Of a stretch of DNA of 64,000 bases, positions 45,582-55,608 are shown piece by piece. Position 1 is the first letter of the stretch; every line of letters begins with the position of its first letter. The position numbers and the translations under genes are program-made. The notes below the pieces were generated by a model. That model saw only the letters and a program-made list of their open reading frames with translations. It made no database searches and was not told the origin of the DNA. Source of the DNA: Planctomycetota bacterium (GTDB lineage: Bacteria > Planctomycetota > UBA8742 > UBA2392); the NCBI GenBank assembly GCA_015075515.1, contig JABTUE010000001.1, positions 1,013,001-1,077,000 of the forward strand, given 5' to 3'.

Positions 45582-47093
45582 CTATCGCTTGGTGAACTCT
45601 TGCGGCCAGTACTTCATGGCGCTTTCCAGCGGCTTGGCCGCGACCATGCCCAGGCCGCAGATGCTGCCTTCTTCCATTTCCCAGCCGATGTCTGCGGCGT
45701 GTTTGAGCGCGCCGGGGTCGCCGGTCTTGAGGTACTTTGTGGTCTGGCGGTGCAGATAGCGCGAGCCAATGCGGCAGGGCGCGCACTGGCCGCAGGATTC
45801 GACCTCAAAGAACTCCAGTTGCCATTGCGCGGCCTTGGCCATGTCCACCGTGTCGTTCAACACGACCACGCCCGCGCTGCCCAGCATCGAGCCCTCTTTG
45901 GCCAGGCTCTTAAAATCCAGCGGCGTGTTGCTTTTGCTGATCGGCAGAAAGCCGGAACTCGCGCCGCCGGGGCTGAAGGCCTTGGGTTTGCCGTCGTAGC
46001 CGCCGGCCACGGCCACCAGTTCATCCAGCGTCGCGCCCAATGGCAGTTCGTACACGCCGGGTTTGTTCACGTGGCCGCTGATGCAATACAGCTTGCTGCC
46101 GGCCTCGGCGCGGCCCAGTGCCCTGAACGCCGCGCCGCCGTGGCGGAAGATCCACGGCACGCAGGCCAGCGTTTCCACGTTATTGATCAGCGTGGGCTTG
46201 CCGCGAAAGCCGTACTCGTGCGGAAACGGCGGCTTCAGCCGCGGCATGCCGCGTTTGCCCTCCATGCTTTCCAGCAGTGCCGTTTCTTCGCCGCAGATGT
46301 AGGCCCCGTGGCCCTGGTGAAAGTACCAGCTCACGAAGTTCACGTCGGCTTCGGCGCGCTTGAGCGCGGCCTTCACGCTTTCGTACTCGGCCCGGAACTC
46401 GCCCCGGATATAGAAGTGGCACTCCTGCGCGCCCACGGCGTGGGCCGCGATCGCCATGCCCTCAATGATCGCGTCAGGCCGGCGCAGCATCGTTTCGCGG
46501 TCCTTGAACGTTGCGGGTTCGGCCTCGTCGGCGTTGCACACCACGTAGCGTTCGGTTTCTTTCTGCGAGGCCACACCCTTCCACTTGATATGGGCCGGAA
46601 AGCCCGCGCCGCCGCGGCCCTGCAACCCGGATTCCTCCAGCAGCTTGAAGATGTCGGCCGGCGCCATGGCGCGGGCTTTCTTGAGCGCGGCAAAGCTGAA
46701 ATCCGGCCTGCCGCCCAGGTTCACGGCCAGGCCGGGGTTGTCGGGCGTAATGCCGCGCGGTCCGCGGGCCTTGTCAAAGACGTTGAGGGATTCATCCAGC
46801 GCCGCGGGCGCGCGGTCACACTGGCCCAGACAGCTTACCTCTTCAACCTGTTTGCCCGACTGGCGCAGCTCGGCCGCAAGTTCGTCACTGCCGCGCACGC
46901 GACAGCTCAGGCCGTTGCACACGCGCACGCGCGGGCCGCCCTTGAGCAGCGTATAGAACGTGCCCGCGCCCCAGACTTCGGCTTCGCTGACAAGCGTTCG
47001 GCGGGCGACCTCGCGCACGTTGTCTTCCGTGACGCCGCCCAATTCCTCAAGCAGGTGGAGAACCGCTTCGCGTCTGGCGCCGGTCTTTTGCAT
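45582..47093 (-). CDS. NAD-dependent formate dehydrogenase beta subunit fused to a gamma-like (NuoE-type 2Fe-2S) N-terminal domain (NuoE/NuoF homolog)
   Basis: The N-terminal thioredoxin-like 2Fe-2S block is VCNGLSCRVRG...CLGQCDRAP. The NuoF core has GRGGAGFP, the FMN site CNADEAEPATFKDR, and the 4Fe-4S site ESCGQCAPCRIG. Confidence 0.85.
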   Translation of the reverse strand: MQKTGARREAVLHLLEELGGVTEDNVREVARRTLVSEAEVWGAGTFYTLLKGGPRVRVCNGLSCRVRGSDELAAELRQSGKQVEEVSCLGQCDRAPAALDESLNVFDKARGPRGITPDNPGLAVNLGGRPDFSFAALKKARAMAPADIFKLLEESGLQGRGGAGFPAHIKWKGVASQKETERYVVCNADEAEPATFKDRETMLRRPDAIIEGMAIAAHAVGAQECHFYIRGEFRAEYESVKAALKRAEADVNFVSWYFHQGHGAYICGEETALLESMEGKRGMPRLKPPFPHEYGFRGKPTLINNVETLACVPWIFRHGGAAFRALGRAEAGSKLYCISGHVNKPGVYELPLGATLDELVAVAGGYDGKPKAFSPGGASSGFLPISKSNTPLDFKSLAKEGSMLGSAGVVVLNDTVDMAKAAQWQLEFFEVESCGQCAPCRIGSRYLHRQTTKYLKTGDPGALKHAADIGWEMEEGSICGLGMVAAKPLESAMKYWPQEFTKR

Positions 47094-47143
47094 GGCGGCA
47101 GTCTAGGGATATGCCGCGAAATCGCCAACAGTAGCCCGAAGCA

Positions 47144-47722
47144 TCACGGCTTGGCCGACCACAGGCCCTTTTTTTCGGCCCTGGCTCTGGCTTCGGCCTT
47201 CTGCATGCGGTCGCGCAGGCCGGGGTCGGCAATTTCGGCAATGTTGCGGATCTTGACCAGACCCTCGCCGAGCATGGCCTGGTTCACGCACAGATAACCG
47301 CCGGGGATGATGCGGCCGGGCTTGCCGTCGGCCAGCCGTTCGTAGGCCTGCACATAGACAATGCCGTAGATGACGTACTGGCGCACGTCGCTGTCCAGCG
47401 CGGGCTTGATGAAGATCTGTTCCTCGCCGGCCAGATAGTTGGCCATCCATTCCTGGGTCATGGCAAAGGTGTTGGGCGCCTGGCGCTGGGGCAGGCCTTC
47501 AACGCCCAACAGGCGGATTTCGCGCTCGGTGGGCGAGTTGCCGTTGACAATGATGGTGTGGGGAGCCTTCAGCAGCGTGGGCCGCATGATCAGGCGCCCG
47601 GCGTCGTCGGTGACGATTTCGTCGGATTTGCCGCGCCGCACGGGATTGCCGGCGTCGTCCACTTCCTGGGTAACGCATCCGGCCAGCACCAGGCACAGCC
47701 CGAAAATCGCCCAACGGCCCAT
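47144..47722 (-). CDS. Thermonuclease (SNase-like) family lipoprotein
   Basis: Lipobox MGRWAIFGLCLVLAGC. The C-terminal ARARAEKKGLWS matches the SNase-family end motif. Confidence 0.6.
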   Translation of the reverse strand: MGRWAIFGLCLVLAGCVTQEVDDAGNPVRRGKSDEIVTDDAGRLIMRPTLLKAPHTIIVNGNSPTEREIRLLGVEGLPQRQAPNTFAMTQEWMANYLAGEEQIFIKPALDSDVRQYVIYGIVYVQAYERLADGKPGRIIPGGYLCVNQAMLGEGLVKIRNIAEIADPGLRDRMQKAEARARAEKKGLWSAKP

Positions 47723-47826
47723 TGCTTTCTCCTGCCCATGAAACGCGCCAGGACGGTGCGAGTTGGCACAACCGCGCGACGCGGCTACACTTAAGCCTGC
47801 CCCGGTACACGCCCCAAACCCGACAT

Positions 47827-49977
47827 ATGGCCACGGAAAACCTGGCGTTCAAGCTGGTCGGTCAGACCATCGGCGGTTGCCAGATCAAGAAACTGATCGG
47901 CACCGGCGGCATGGGCGCGGTGTATCTGGCGCACCAGTTGTCGCTGGGCAAGGAAGTTGCGCTCAAGGTTCTTGACGAAAAATGGTCGCGCCACGCCCGG
48001 CACGTCGAGGGCTTTCTGCGCGAGGCGCGCCTGGCCGCCAAGCTCGAAGACGAACACATCGTGCAGATCTACGACGTGGGCACCGACGGCCGGCATCACT
48101 TCATTGTGATGCAGCTTGCCCGCGGCGAAAACCTGAAAGACCGCCTGCGGCGCGGCGCGCTGGAGGTGGAAGAAGCCCTGAAATACATCGAGGGCATCGC
48201 CCGCGGGCTGGCGCTGGCCCACCGCCACAACATCGTGCACCGCGACATCAAGCCCGGCAACCTGGTGATCGGCGAAGACGGCATCGTCAAGATTCTGGAC
48301 TTCGGACTGGCCAAACTCGAAGAGGCCGAAAGCGACAAGAGCCAGGGCCAGTTCATGGGCAGCATCGCCTACATGTCGCCCGAACAGAGCGAATACATGC
48401 CGATTGACGCCCGCACCGACATCTATTCGCTGGGCATTACGGCATGGCAGTGTCTGGCCGGACAGATGCCCTTTCGCGGCGAAAACAACTTTGACCTGAT
48501 TGTGAAGCACCACACCGAGGAACCCCTCGCCCCCAGCGTGATCCGGCGCGAGGTGCCGCTGACGCTGTCGCGCGTGGTGCTGCGCATGCTGGGCAAAAAC
48601 CCGGCCGACCGCTACGCCACCGTGGACGACCTGCTGCTGGACCTCAAGCTGATACGCCGCCACCAGTTGCCCGCCGCGCCCAGCCCCTGGGGCAAACGCC
48701 CGCTGAACCCCGAGCCCGTGGACCTGTCCGGCCACAGCAGCGAACAGCTTTACAAGAACGCGCTGGAAATGCAGCGCGAACTGTTCGGCGCCGGCAAACA
48801 GGTCGTGCCGATGCGCGAGCTGCTGCCCAAAATGGGCCTCAAGCCCCGCGCCGGCGCCGACGCGCCGCTTACCCCCGCGACCTTTCTGGAACTGCGCTGC
48901 GGCGATAAACGCATGCCCCTGGCCGGCGCCGCGCGCTACGGCTTTGCGCCCCCCGAATGCGAAGACCGCCTGTACTACGGCGAGCGCTTCCGCATCGGCG
49001 AACTCGACGGCCGCGTGATCGTGCGCGTGCGCGGGCCCAAACCCCTGGGCATCGTGGACGTGCAGCGCCTGTTTGACCTGCTTGAGGCCCTGCCCGCCAC
49101 GTTCAAACAACTGGCCGTGGCCCTTGACCCCGATTATTCAGCCCAGGGCAGCGACATCCGCTGGGTCGTGGATACCTACAACCTGCTGGACAAACGCGGC
49201 TGCCAGTTCACGCTGATCGTCGGCAGCATGGAAAACCACACCACCTTCGTGAACCTGGGCATTGACAGCCACATCAGGCTCGAACTTGAACTCGAACGCA
49301 CCCAGACCGTCAGCCTGGAACGCCTCACACCGCAACAGACACCCCTGCCCGCCGCGCCCGAACTGCCCGCGCCCCTGACGCCCAGCGCCAACGCCCTGGT
49401 CGCCCAGATCGAATCCCTGCTGCAAAGCGGCAACCTGGTCGAGGCCGCCCGCAACTGGCGCCGCCTGGTCAGCGAAGGCCTCGAACGCCGCCAGTTGGCC
49501 AACCTCGATGACCTGCGCAAACGCCTGTACGACCGCCTGCTGGACGACGGCCGCGAAGCAATGGAGGCCGACGACCACGACACCGCAACCGAACGCTTCA
49601 ATACATTGATTGACCTTGACCCCGGCCGCCACGAGGGCCACTTCTACAAGGGCCTGCTGCTCAAAAGCGAAGGCAAGCTCGAGTACGCCCAGGCATTTTT
49701 GACCCAGGCAATTCTGGCTGCGCCCGACGAAGCCGAACTGTTCTACCACCGGGCGATTGTGCGCTCGCGCGTGGACGACCTCGAGGGCGCCCTGCGCGAC
49801 CTCGACATGGCCCTGCAACACAACCCCAGACTGGTGGCGGCCTATTACAACCGCGCCAAGGTTCACCACCAGATGGGCCGTGACGACCTGGCCAAGCGCG
49901 ACATGCTGATGTACCAGCGGCTCAAGGGCGGCACGGCCAAAAGCAGCCGCGCCGGCGCAACCCCCGAGGCCGAATAA
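47827..49977 (+). CDS. Ser/Thr protein kinase with C-terminal TPR repeats
   Basis: ATG at 47827; the longer ORF from 47722 is rejected. Hanks motifs are GTGGMGAVYLA, VALK, HRDIKPGNLVI, DFGLAK, YMSPEQ. The C-terminal TPR region is YHRAIVRSRVDDLEGALRDLDMALQHNPRLVAAYYNRAKVHHQ. Confidence 0.85.
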   Translation: MATENLAFKLVGQTIGGCQIKKLIGTGGMGAVYLAHQLSLGKEVALKVLDEKWSRHARHVEGFLREARLAAKLEDEHIVQIYDVGTDGRHHFIVMQLARGENLKDRLRRGALEVEEALKYIEGIARGLALAHRHNIVHRDIKPGNLVIGEDGIVKILDFGLAKLEEAESDKSQGQFMGSIAYMSPEQSEYMPIDARTDIYSLGITAWQCLAGQMPFRGENNFDLIVKHHTEEPLAPSVIRREVPLTLSRVVLRMLGKNPADRYATVDDLLLDLKLIRRHQLPAAPSPWGKRPLNPEPVDLSGHSSEQLYKNALEMQRELFGAGKQVVPMRELLPKMGLKPRAGADAPLTPATFLELRCGDKRMPLAGAARYGFAPPECEDRLYYGERFRIGELDGRVIVRVRGPKPLGIVDVQRLFDLLEALPATFKQLAVALDPDYSAQGSDIRWVVDTYNLLDKRGCQFTLIVGSMENHTTFVNLGIDSHIRLELELERTQTVSLERLTPQQTPLPAAPELPAPLTPSANALVAQIESLLQSGNLVEAARNWRRLVSEGLERRQLANLDDLRKRLYDRLLDDGREAMEADDHDTATERFNTLIDLDPGRHEGHFYKGLLLKSEGKLEYAQAFLTQAILAAPDEAELFYHRAIVRSRVDDLEGALRDLDMALQHNPRLVAAYYNRAKVHHQMGRDDLAKRDMLMYQRLKGGTAKSSRAGATPEAE

Positions 49978-51384
49978 CAACCCCGCCCGCGTCGGCGTGG
50001 CTTGAACCGCAAAAGCCGGAACCACAGATACACACGGCCACGCAACGGCACACGCGGCACGGGTCGCGGCACGGGACACGCGGCACGAAAAAACGAAACG
50101 TCTACGACGTGTCGTCGTCCACGCCGCGGCGGGCTCGCGGCGGGCCTGGCGTTTCAGGTCGGCCTCCATGCGTTTGCGCCAGAACGTGATTTCGTGCCAG
50201 TAGTTCGGGTCTTCGCGTCGCGCGGCGATGCGCTGTTTCAGGTCTTCCACGGTCTTGATCGAAGACAGCCGGAAACTCTTGGCCAGGCTCAGCGGCGGCG
50301 CGCAGTAACAATCCTGTGATGTTTCCGAAATCGGCGGCGTTCCTCCAGCAGCCGCTGGTACGTCAGGTCGGTGTCGGCAGGATCAGACCGTGCGCCGCCA
50401 GCACCCGCGTCATCACCCCGGCAAAGGCCGTCATCTGGTCAAAGTACCGAAACGGCATCCAGTTGCCGGAGCAGGTTCAAACACCTCGTCCATCTTGGTG
50501 ATCACGTCCAGCACAATGCACACGCGCGGTCCTGCATGAACTCCTGGCGCAGCTCGCCGTCGGCTCAGATAGGCGTACTTCTGCTCGGTCTGCAACAGCA
50601 CCGGCGCCAGCACCGAAGCTCGGCGCCGCCCGCACGCCAAGGCTCACGGCGGCGGTCAGGCTGAAGGCCGTGTACACACGGCGCGCGCGGGGCGGTCTGA
50701 GCGTCTTCCGGCGCGGGTGGTCTGGGTCGCATCCGTTTCCGGCGCGGCTTCCGTGTCCGTTTCGTCCGTCGCCGCGGCTTCCACCTGGCGCGCGGCTTGC
50801 GGCCAGTTGGCGGCAACCAGCGCAGCCTTGCGGATGTCGGGCGGCAGCTCGTCCAGGGTTTAGCCTGGCTCAGGGTCTGGGCAGCAGGCAGCGGGACTGG
50901 TTTTCGATTCCGGTTTGCAAAGCGGCGCCTTCGGCGGCGGCGGTCATAACTGGCGGCAGCCTGTCCGGCGGCAATCGCGGCGCAGTGCATGTCGGCGCAC
51001 AGGCGCAGGTCATGCGCATGCGCTTTTGGGTGCAGCAGGACGTGGGCCGAGGCGGCCTTTGGTGTTCGGAGTATTCCAGGCAGTTTGGGAGTTTCGCCGG
51101 GCGGATCTGCCAGGGCAAAAGGGCGGGTGCATTTCCTTGGATGGAAAGTGCAGGGGTTTGCCGTCCTTGGTGACCCCGTTGAAGTATTCGCCGGGGTCAT
51201 GCAGGTGAAAGTTGGGCAGGTCGTCGGTCGCGTGCTCCCGCACACAGGCACGAAACGTGACAGTCCGGCGCGGCGTTTTTGCCGGCGCGGGCCCCAACCG
51301 GCCGCGCGGGCAGGGTTTGCGGCAAGGACGATTTTTCGATTTTGGGGCGAAAAAAGCGCGCGGGCGGGTGCCACGGGGAGGCCT
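49978..51384. pseudogene. Probable decayed gene region: protein-like fragments on the minus strand in three different frames, no intact ORF
   Basis: Minus-strand fragments include VLDVITKMDEVFEPAPATG (frame a), NWMPFRYFDQMTAFAGVMTRVLAAHGLILPTPT (frame b), LTYQRLLEERRRF (frame c), and SLAKSFRLSSIKTVEDLKQRIAARREDPNYWHEITFWRKRMEADLKRQ (frame a'). Further upstream the fragment is FHLHDPGEYFNGVTKDGKPLHF. Confidence 0.3.
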
Positions 51385-52344
51385 TCAGGCCGGGAGCACG
51401 TCGCCCAGATACCGCAGCAGGTTTGCGCTGAACACGGCGCGGATTGTGTCGTCGTCCAGTCCGCGGCGGGCCAGTGCGCGTTCCAGGTTGTCCAGATCCC
51501 CCAGATGGCGCAGGTCACTGCAGGTGTCGGCAAAGCCGTCCAGGTCGCCGCCAATCACGACATGTTCGCGCCCGCACACATGCAGGGCATGGGCGATATG
51601 GGCGGCAATGTCGTCGCAGGTGACAGTGGGGCCGCCGGGCTCGCCGGCGCCGGCGCGCAGGTGGCCGGGGTAAAAATCAATTCCCACCACGCCGCCGCGA
51701 TCGGCCACAGCGCGCAGCATGGCGTCGTCGGCGTTGCGCGTGATGTTGACCAGCGCGCGGCAGCCGGTGTGGCTGATGCAGGGCGGGGCCTTGGTCGCGG
51801 CCATCACGTCGTCAAAGGCGGGGCGGGGCAGATGCGCGCAATCCACCGCCACGCCCAGCTCGTTCATGCGCGCCACCAGTTCACGCCCGAAGGCGCTCAG
51901 GCCGCGCCGGGGTTCGGGCACGCCGCAGCCGTCGGCAACCTCGTTGGCGTGGTTGTGGGTCAGGCCGATGCCGCGTACGCCGCGGGCAAACAGGGCGTCC
52001 AGGCGCCACAGTTCGCCGCACAGCGGGCTTGCGCCCTCCAGCCACGGGATCAGCCCCACGCGGTCGCCCAGCGCCGCCAGGTCGCGCCGGTTCCGCACGG
52101 GCGCGAACGCGCCGGCGTCAGCCGTCAGATGGCGGTCTATCGCGTCCAGAATGCGCGCCGCAAATCCGGCCGCCGCCGTGCCCGAATAATGCCGCGGCGT
52201 GAAAACCGAACAGACCTGAAGCGTCTGGCCGGCCTCGCGCATGCGCGGCAGGTTGACGTGCAGTCCGCCGTCGCGGGCCAGGGGGTCGAGTCCTTCGGTG
52301 GCCACACGGTAAAAGGTGTCGGCGTGGGCGTCGGCGTAGCGCAT
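51385..52344 (-). CDS. Membrane dipeptidase (peptidase M19 family)
   Basis: M19 blocks include HADTFYRV, GLTHNHANEVADG, DCAHL and HTGCRAL. It is 319 aa. Confidence 0.8.
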   Translation of the reverse strand: MRYADAHADTFYRVATEGLDPLARDGGLHVNLPRMREAGQTLQVCSVFTPRHYSGTAAAGFAARILDAIDRHLTADAGAFAPVRNRRDLAALGDRVGLIPWLEGASPLCGELWRLDALFARGVRGIGLTHNHANEVADGCGVPEPRRGLSAFGRELVARMNELGVAVDCAHLPRPAFDDVMAATKAPPCISHTGCRALVNITRNADDAMLRAVADRGGVVGIDFYPGHLRAGAGEPGGPTVTCDDIAAHIAHALHVCGREHVVIGGDLDGFADTCSDLRHLGDLDNLERALARRGLDDDTIRAVFSANLLRYLGDVLPA

Positions 52345-52449
52345 GATCGGATCCGGGCGGCCGGTGGCCGTACCATCGTATCGTCTTGCGGGGCGGGTTT
52401 GCTGAACCCGCAGTGGTGGTTTGCGGGCTGACCCCTATAATCCCGCCCC

Positions 52450-54597
52450 ATGCGAATGCTGCTGGTGTGCGCGCTGCTGCTTGCCCCGATTGCGGCGGCC
52501 CAGGACTACGAACTGACGGTCGAACTTGGCATCGGCGGCACGGCGGCCACGCCGGGTCTGGTCGCGCCGCCATTTGCGCCGCTGACGGTGCAGATCCAGC
52601 GCGCCGACACGCGGCCGTTCAAAGGCCGGGTGGTGGTGGAGCTGTCGTCACAGATGGGCGGTCGCAGCCGCGGCCCGTTCGCGTCGGAACCCCGGCGGGT
52701 GGAACTGTCGCAGGAACTGAGCCTGGAAGAAGGCGCGCGCGGCGCCACGGTGCGTTTTGAGGTGCCGGCGCTGGGCATGATCCAGGGTGTGGTGACGCTG
52801 GAGGCCGCGTCAGGGGGCGGCTACGACGTGGTGGACGCGCGCAGCATTTCGGGGGGCGTGCGGTCGGACGGCCGCGCGCTGGTGGCGTTTGTCAGCCAGG
52901 CGCGGCTGGCCAATGCCCAGCCGTACCTGTTTCAGGAACTGGTCGAGGTACAGCCCCAGCATCTGCCGGAAACGTGGAAACTGCTGGCGTGTTTTGACGC
53001 CGTGATTCTCAATGACGGGCGGCCCAGCCCGCGCCAGATTGAGGCGCTGCTGGATTATGTGGCCGCCGGCGGGTGCCTGATCCTTTCGCCCAACACCGCC
53101 GCGGCCTTCAACCCCGAACAGCCGGCGGCGCGGCTGCTGGGTCTGACCGGCGCCGCGACGCGCGGCTCGGTCAGGGTGGGCGAGTTCAAGGCGCTGCGAG
53201 CGGCGCTGACGCCTTCGGGGCTGTCGCGCGGCATGGGCATGCCGCGCATGCCCGCGCCCGAGCACGGCGAAATGCCCGAGGAAGGCCCCGCCCCCGCCGA
53301 AGAACTGCCCCAGGCGCCGGACGACAGCGCCGAGCTGCTGTTATGGAACACCGGCGGCCGCGCCCGCGTCATCGAGGACTGGAAGGGACTTCTGAGTTAC
53401 GCGCGCGCCGGCGCGGGCGTGGTGGTTCTGGTGCACGCCGATCTGTCGCAGTACCCGCTGGTGACGCCCGGCGCCCGCAAGCCCACGGTGGCGGGCGTAA
53501 ACCTGATTGCCGCGGCGATCAAGGCCGGGATCAGCCCCTCCGACGTCACGCCGCTGGCGCGGCTGGGCGGCACCGAAACGCGCGACACGCTGGAGATCGC
53601 GGGCAGGCGGATCCCCGGCCGCGACGTGCAGGTGATACTGCTGTTTGTGTATGTCGGCGCCGCGGGCGTGGGCATGTTTCTGCTGGCGCGGCGGCTGCGC
53701 CGGCCTGAAATTTACCCGGCCGCGCTGCTGGGGCTGGCGCTGGTTTCGGTGCTGCTGGTGTTCAGTCTGGGCGAGGTCTACAAGCGCGCCGGCCCCCGGG
53801 CCAAAGCCGCGCGTCTGGTGGTAAGCGACGGCGCCAGCGGCCGCAGCGCCGTGTTCAGCATGGGCTGCGCCTACATTGTGGACCAGACGGCGCTTGAGTT
53901 CGCCACCGACCGGTCAGGCTGGCTGCTGCCGGCCAAGCCGGGCGGGGCGTTTCGCGGGCTGCCGGCCGATTTTCTGCCGCACACCGCGCGCCAGTCGGCG
54001 ATGGAAACCGTAACCGCGGTGGATTCGCTTTCGCGCTGGCAGAACCTGTTCTTTGCCGCCGCCGGGCCGGGCGCGGTCGGCGACCTGCGCGTGGGGCTGG
54101 CCGCCACCGGGGGCGCCCACACACTGGAAAACCGCTCGCCTCACCGGCTGGACTGCTGTCTGGTGCTGATTGGCGGCCCGGCCGTCACCGGCGCCGGCCC
54201 GCGCTGTGAATGGCATTATCTGGCCTCGGTCGGCGCGGGCGCCGGCCCCGACGCCAAAGCGCCGCTGAGCAAGGCCACACGCGCCCCCGACGAAGGCACA
54301 AAAATCGCCGAACGCCTGGCCGCCGACAGCGGCGACAAGGAGCTGGCGGGGCGGGTTCTGGCGGCGCTGCTGGGCGTTTCGGAGCACCGCCGCGTGTACA
54401 CCCCGCGCAGTCTGGAGGAACTGGAGCGCCTGCTGGAACAGTCGGGCCTGCTGCCGGCCGAGGGCGAGTTCCTGCTGCTGGCGCTGCTGCCGTCTGAAAC
54501 AGTCAGCAAGGGCTCGCTGGGGCTGCGCGATCTTGAGCCCGGGCGCGTGGACCAGGCCGTGCTGTGGGCCGCGCGCGGTCTGGTGGAGTCGCGCTGA
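52450..54597 (+). CDS. Hypothetical exported/membrane protein
   Basis: Signal peptide MRMLLVCALLLAPIAAAQD. Two internal TM segments lie near residues 395-440. There is no domain call. Confidence 0.5.
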   Translation: MRMLLVCALLLAPIAAAQDYELTVELGIGGTAATPGLVAPPFAPLTVQIQRADTRPFKGRVVVELSSQMGGRSRGPFASEPRRVELSQELSLEEGARGATVRFEVPALGMIQGVVTLEAASGGGYDVVDARSISGGVRSDGRALVAFVSQARLANAQPYLFQELVEVQPQHLPETWKLLACFDAVILNDGRPSPRQIEALLDYVAAGGCLILSPNTAAAFNPEQPAARLLGLTGAATRGSVRVGEFKALRAALTPSGLSRGMGMPRMPAPEHGEMPEEGPAPAEELPQAPDDSAELLLWNTGGRARVIEDWKGLLSYARAGAGVVVLVHADLSQYPLVTPGARKPTVAGVNLIAAAIKAGISPSDVTPLARLGGTETRDTLEIAGRRIPGRDVQVILLFVYVGAAGVGMFLLARRLRRPEIYPAALLGLALVSVLLVFSLGEVYKRAGPRAKAARLVVSDGASGRSAVFSMGCAYIVDQTALEFATDRSGWLLPAKPGGAFRGLPADFLPHTARQSAMETVTAVDSLSRWQNLFFAAAGPGAVGDLRVGLAATGGAHTLENRSPHRLDCCLVLIGGPAVTGAGPRCEWHYLASVGAGAGPDAKAPLSKATRAPDEGTKIAERLAADSGDKELAGRVLAALLGVSEHRRVYTPRSLEELERLLEQSGLLPAEGEFLLLALLPSETVSKGSLGLRDLEPGRVDQAVLWAARGLVESR

Positions 54598-55559
54598 TGC
54601 CGTGGTGCCTGGCGGCGCTTTTGCTGTGGGCCGCGCTGGCCGCGCCCGCCGCGGCGCGCCAGATTGACTTTGTCAACCTGGGCGTGCCCGAGCACCGCGC
54701 CGCCCGCGTGCAGTCGCAGATTGAACCCGCCTTTGCGCACGTGCAGGCGCGCACCGGTCTGGCCGACGACCGCGAAGTGTTCGTGACCATCGTGCAGTCC
54801 GGCCGGCGCTTTGCCGAAATCGCGGCCGCCGACGGCGTGAGCATGGATTCCGAAAGCGTGCTGGGCTACGCCGTGCCGTCGCGCCGGCGCGTGGTGCTGA
54901 ACTTTGCGGCGATGGACGAGCGCGGGCTGGAACCGCTTGGCGTGCTGCGCCACGAAATCGCGCACCTGGTGCTGGGCGGGCTGGCCGCGCCGCGCCCGCT
55001 GTGGTTCGAAGAAGGCGTGGCCAACTGGGTTGAAAACATGGCTTTCAACGCACTGGTGGAAGGCGCCCAGGTGCCGCTGGTGGCGGCCGACTTTGCGGGG
55101 CTTGACGACCTGTCCGCCGGTCTGCGCGACCAGCGCGCGCCCGAGGCCTATCCGGAATCGCGCCGGGTAATCGAACTGATCGTGCAGACCTGGGGCCGGC
55201 CGGCGCTGACGAAGCTGCTGGCCGAACTGGAAGGCGGCACCGGTTTTGAGGCCGCCTTTGCCGCGGCCACAGGCGACAACCTCGCGCGCCTGGAACAGTT
55301 GTGGCTGCAGGACCGCGCCGACCGCGCCTCGGGGCGGCTGGTGCTGTGGCTGGGCGCGAACTGGGGCTGGCTGATCTTTGCCGGCGCGGGCGGGCTGCTG
55401 CTGGCGGCGGTGGTGATCAAACGCCGGCGCGGCCGGCGCCAGGTGGACCAATGGGAGGAACAGGAAAAGCTGTTCCCCAGCGACCCGGCCTGGAGCTACA
55501 CCGAACCCGACGAGGGGTTTTCAACCGACGAGGACGGCGAGCCGGCGGCGCGGCGCTGA
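54597..55559 (+). CDS. Membrane-anchored HEXXH zinc-metalloprotease-like protein
   Basis: The start overlaps the upstream stop. A signal/TM sequence is at the N-terminus. It has HEIAHLVL (HExxH), a C-terminal TM helix LVLWLGANWGWLIFAGAGGLLLAAVVI, and an acidic tail. Confidence 0.55.
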   Translation: MPWCLAALLLWAALAAPAAARQIDFVNLGVPEHRAARVQSQIEPAFAHVQARTGLADDREVFVTIVQSGRRFAEIAAADGVSMDSESVLGYAVPSRRRVVLNFAAMDERGLEPLGVLRHEIAHLVLGGLAAPRPLWFEEGVANWVENMAFNALVEGAQVPLVAADFAGLDDLSAGLRDQRAPEAYPESRRVIELIVQTWGRPALTKLLAELEGGTGFEAAFAAATGDNLARLEQLWLQDRADRASGRLVLWLGANWGWLIFAGAGGLLLAAVVIKRRRGRRQVDQWEEQEKLFPSDPAWSYTEPDEGFSTDEDGEPAARR

Positions 55560-55608
55560 GCGCCACAAGCCGCTTTGCACGGCGCGGCGCGCGGGTTAGC
55601 TTGGGCAC

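Noticed and set aside
50565-51554. A 329-aa minus-strand ORF in the gene-poor stretch
   Set aside because: Extreme Arg/Pro/Thr low complexity, no motifs. Treated as noise within the putative decayed region.
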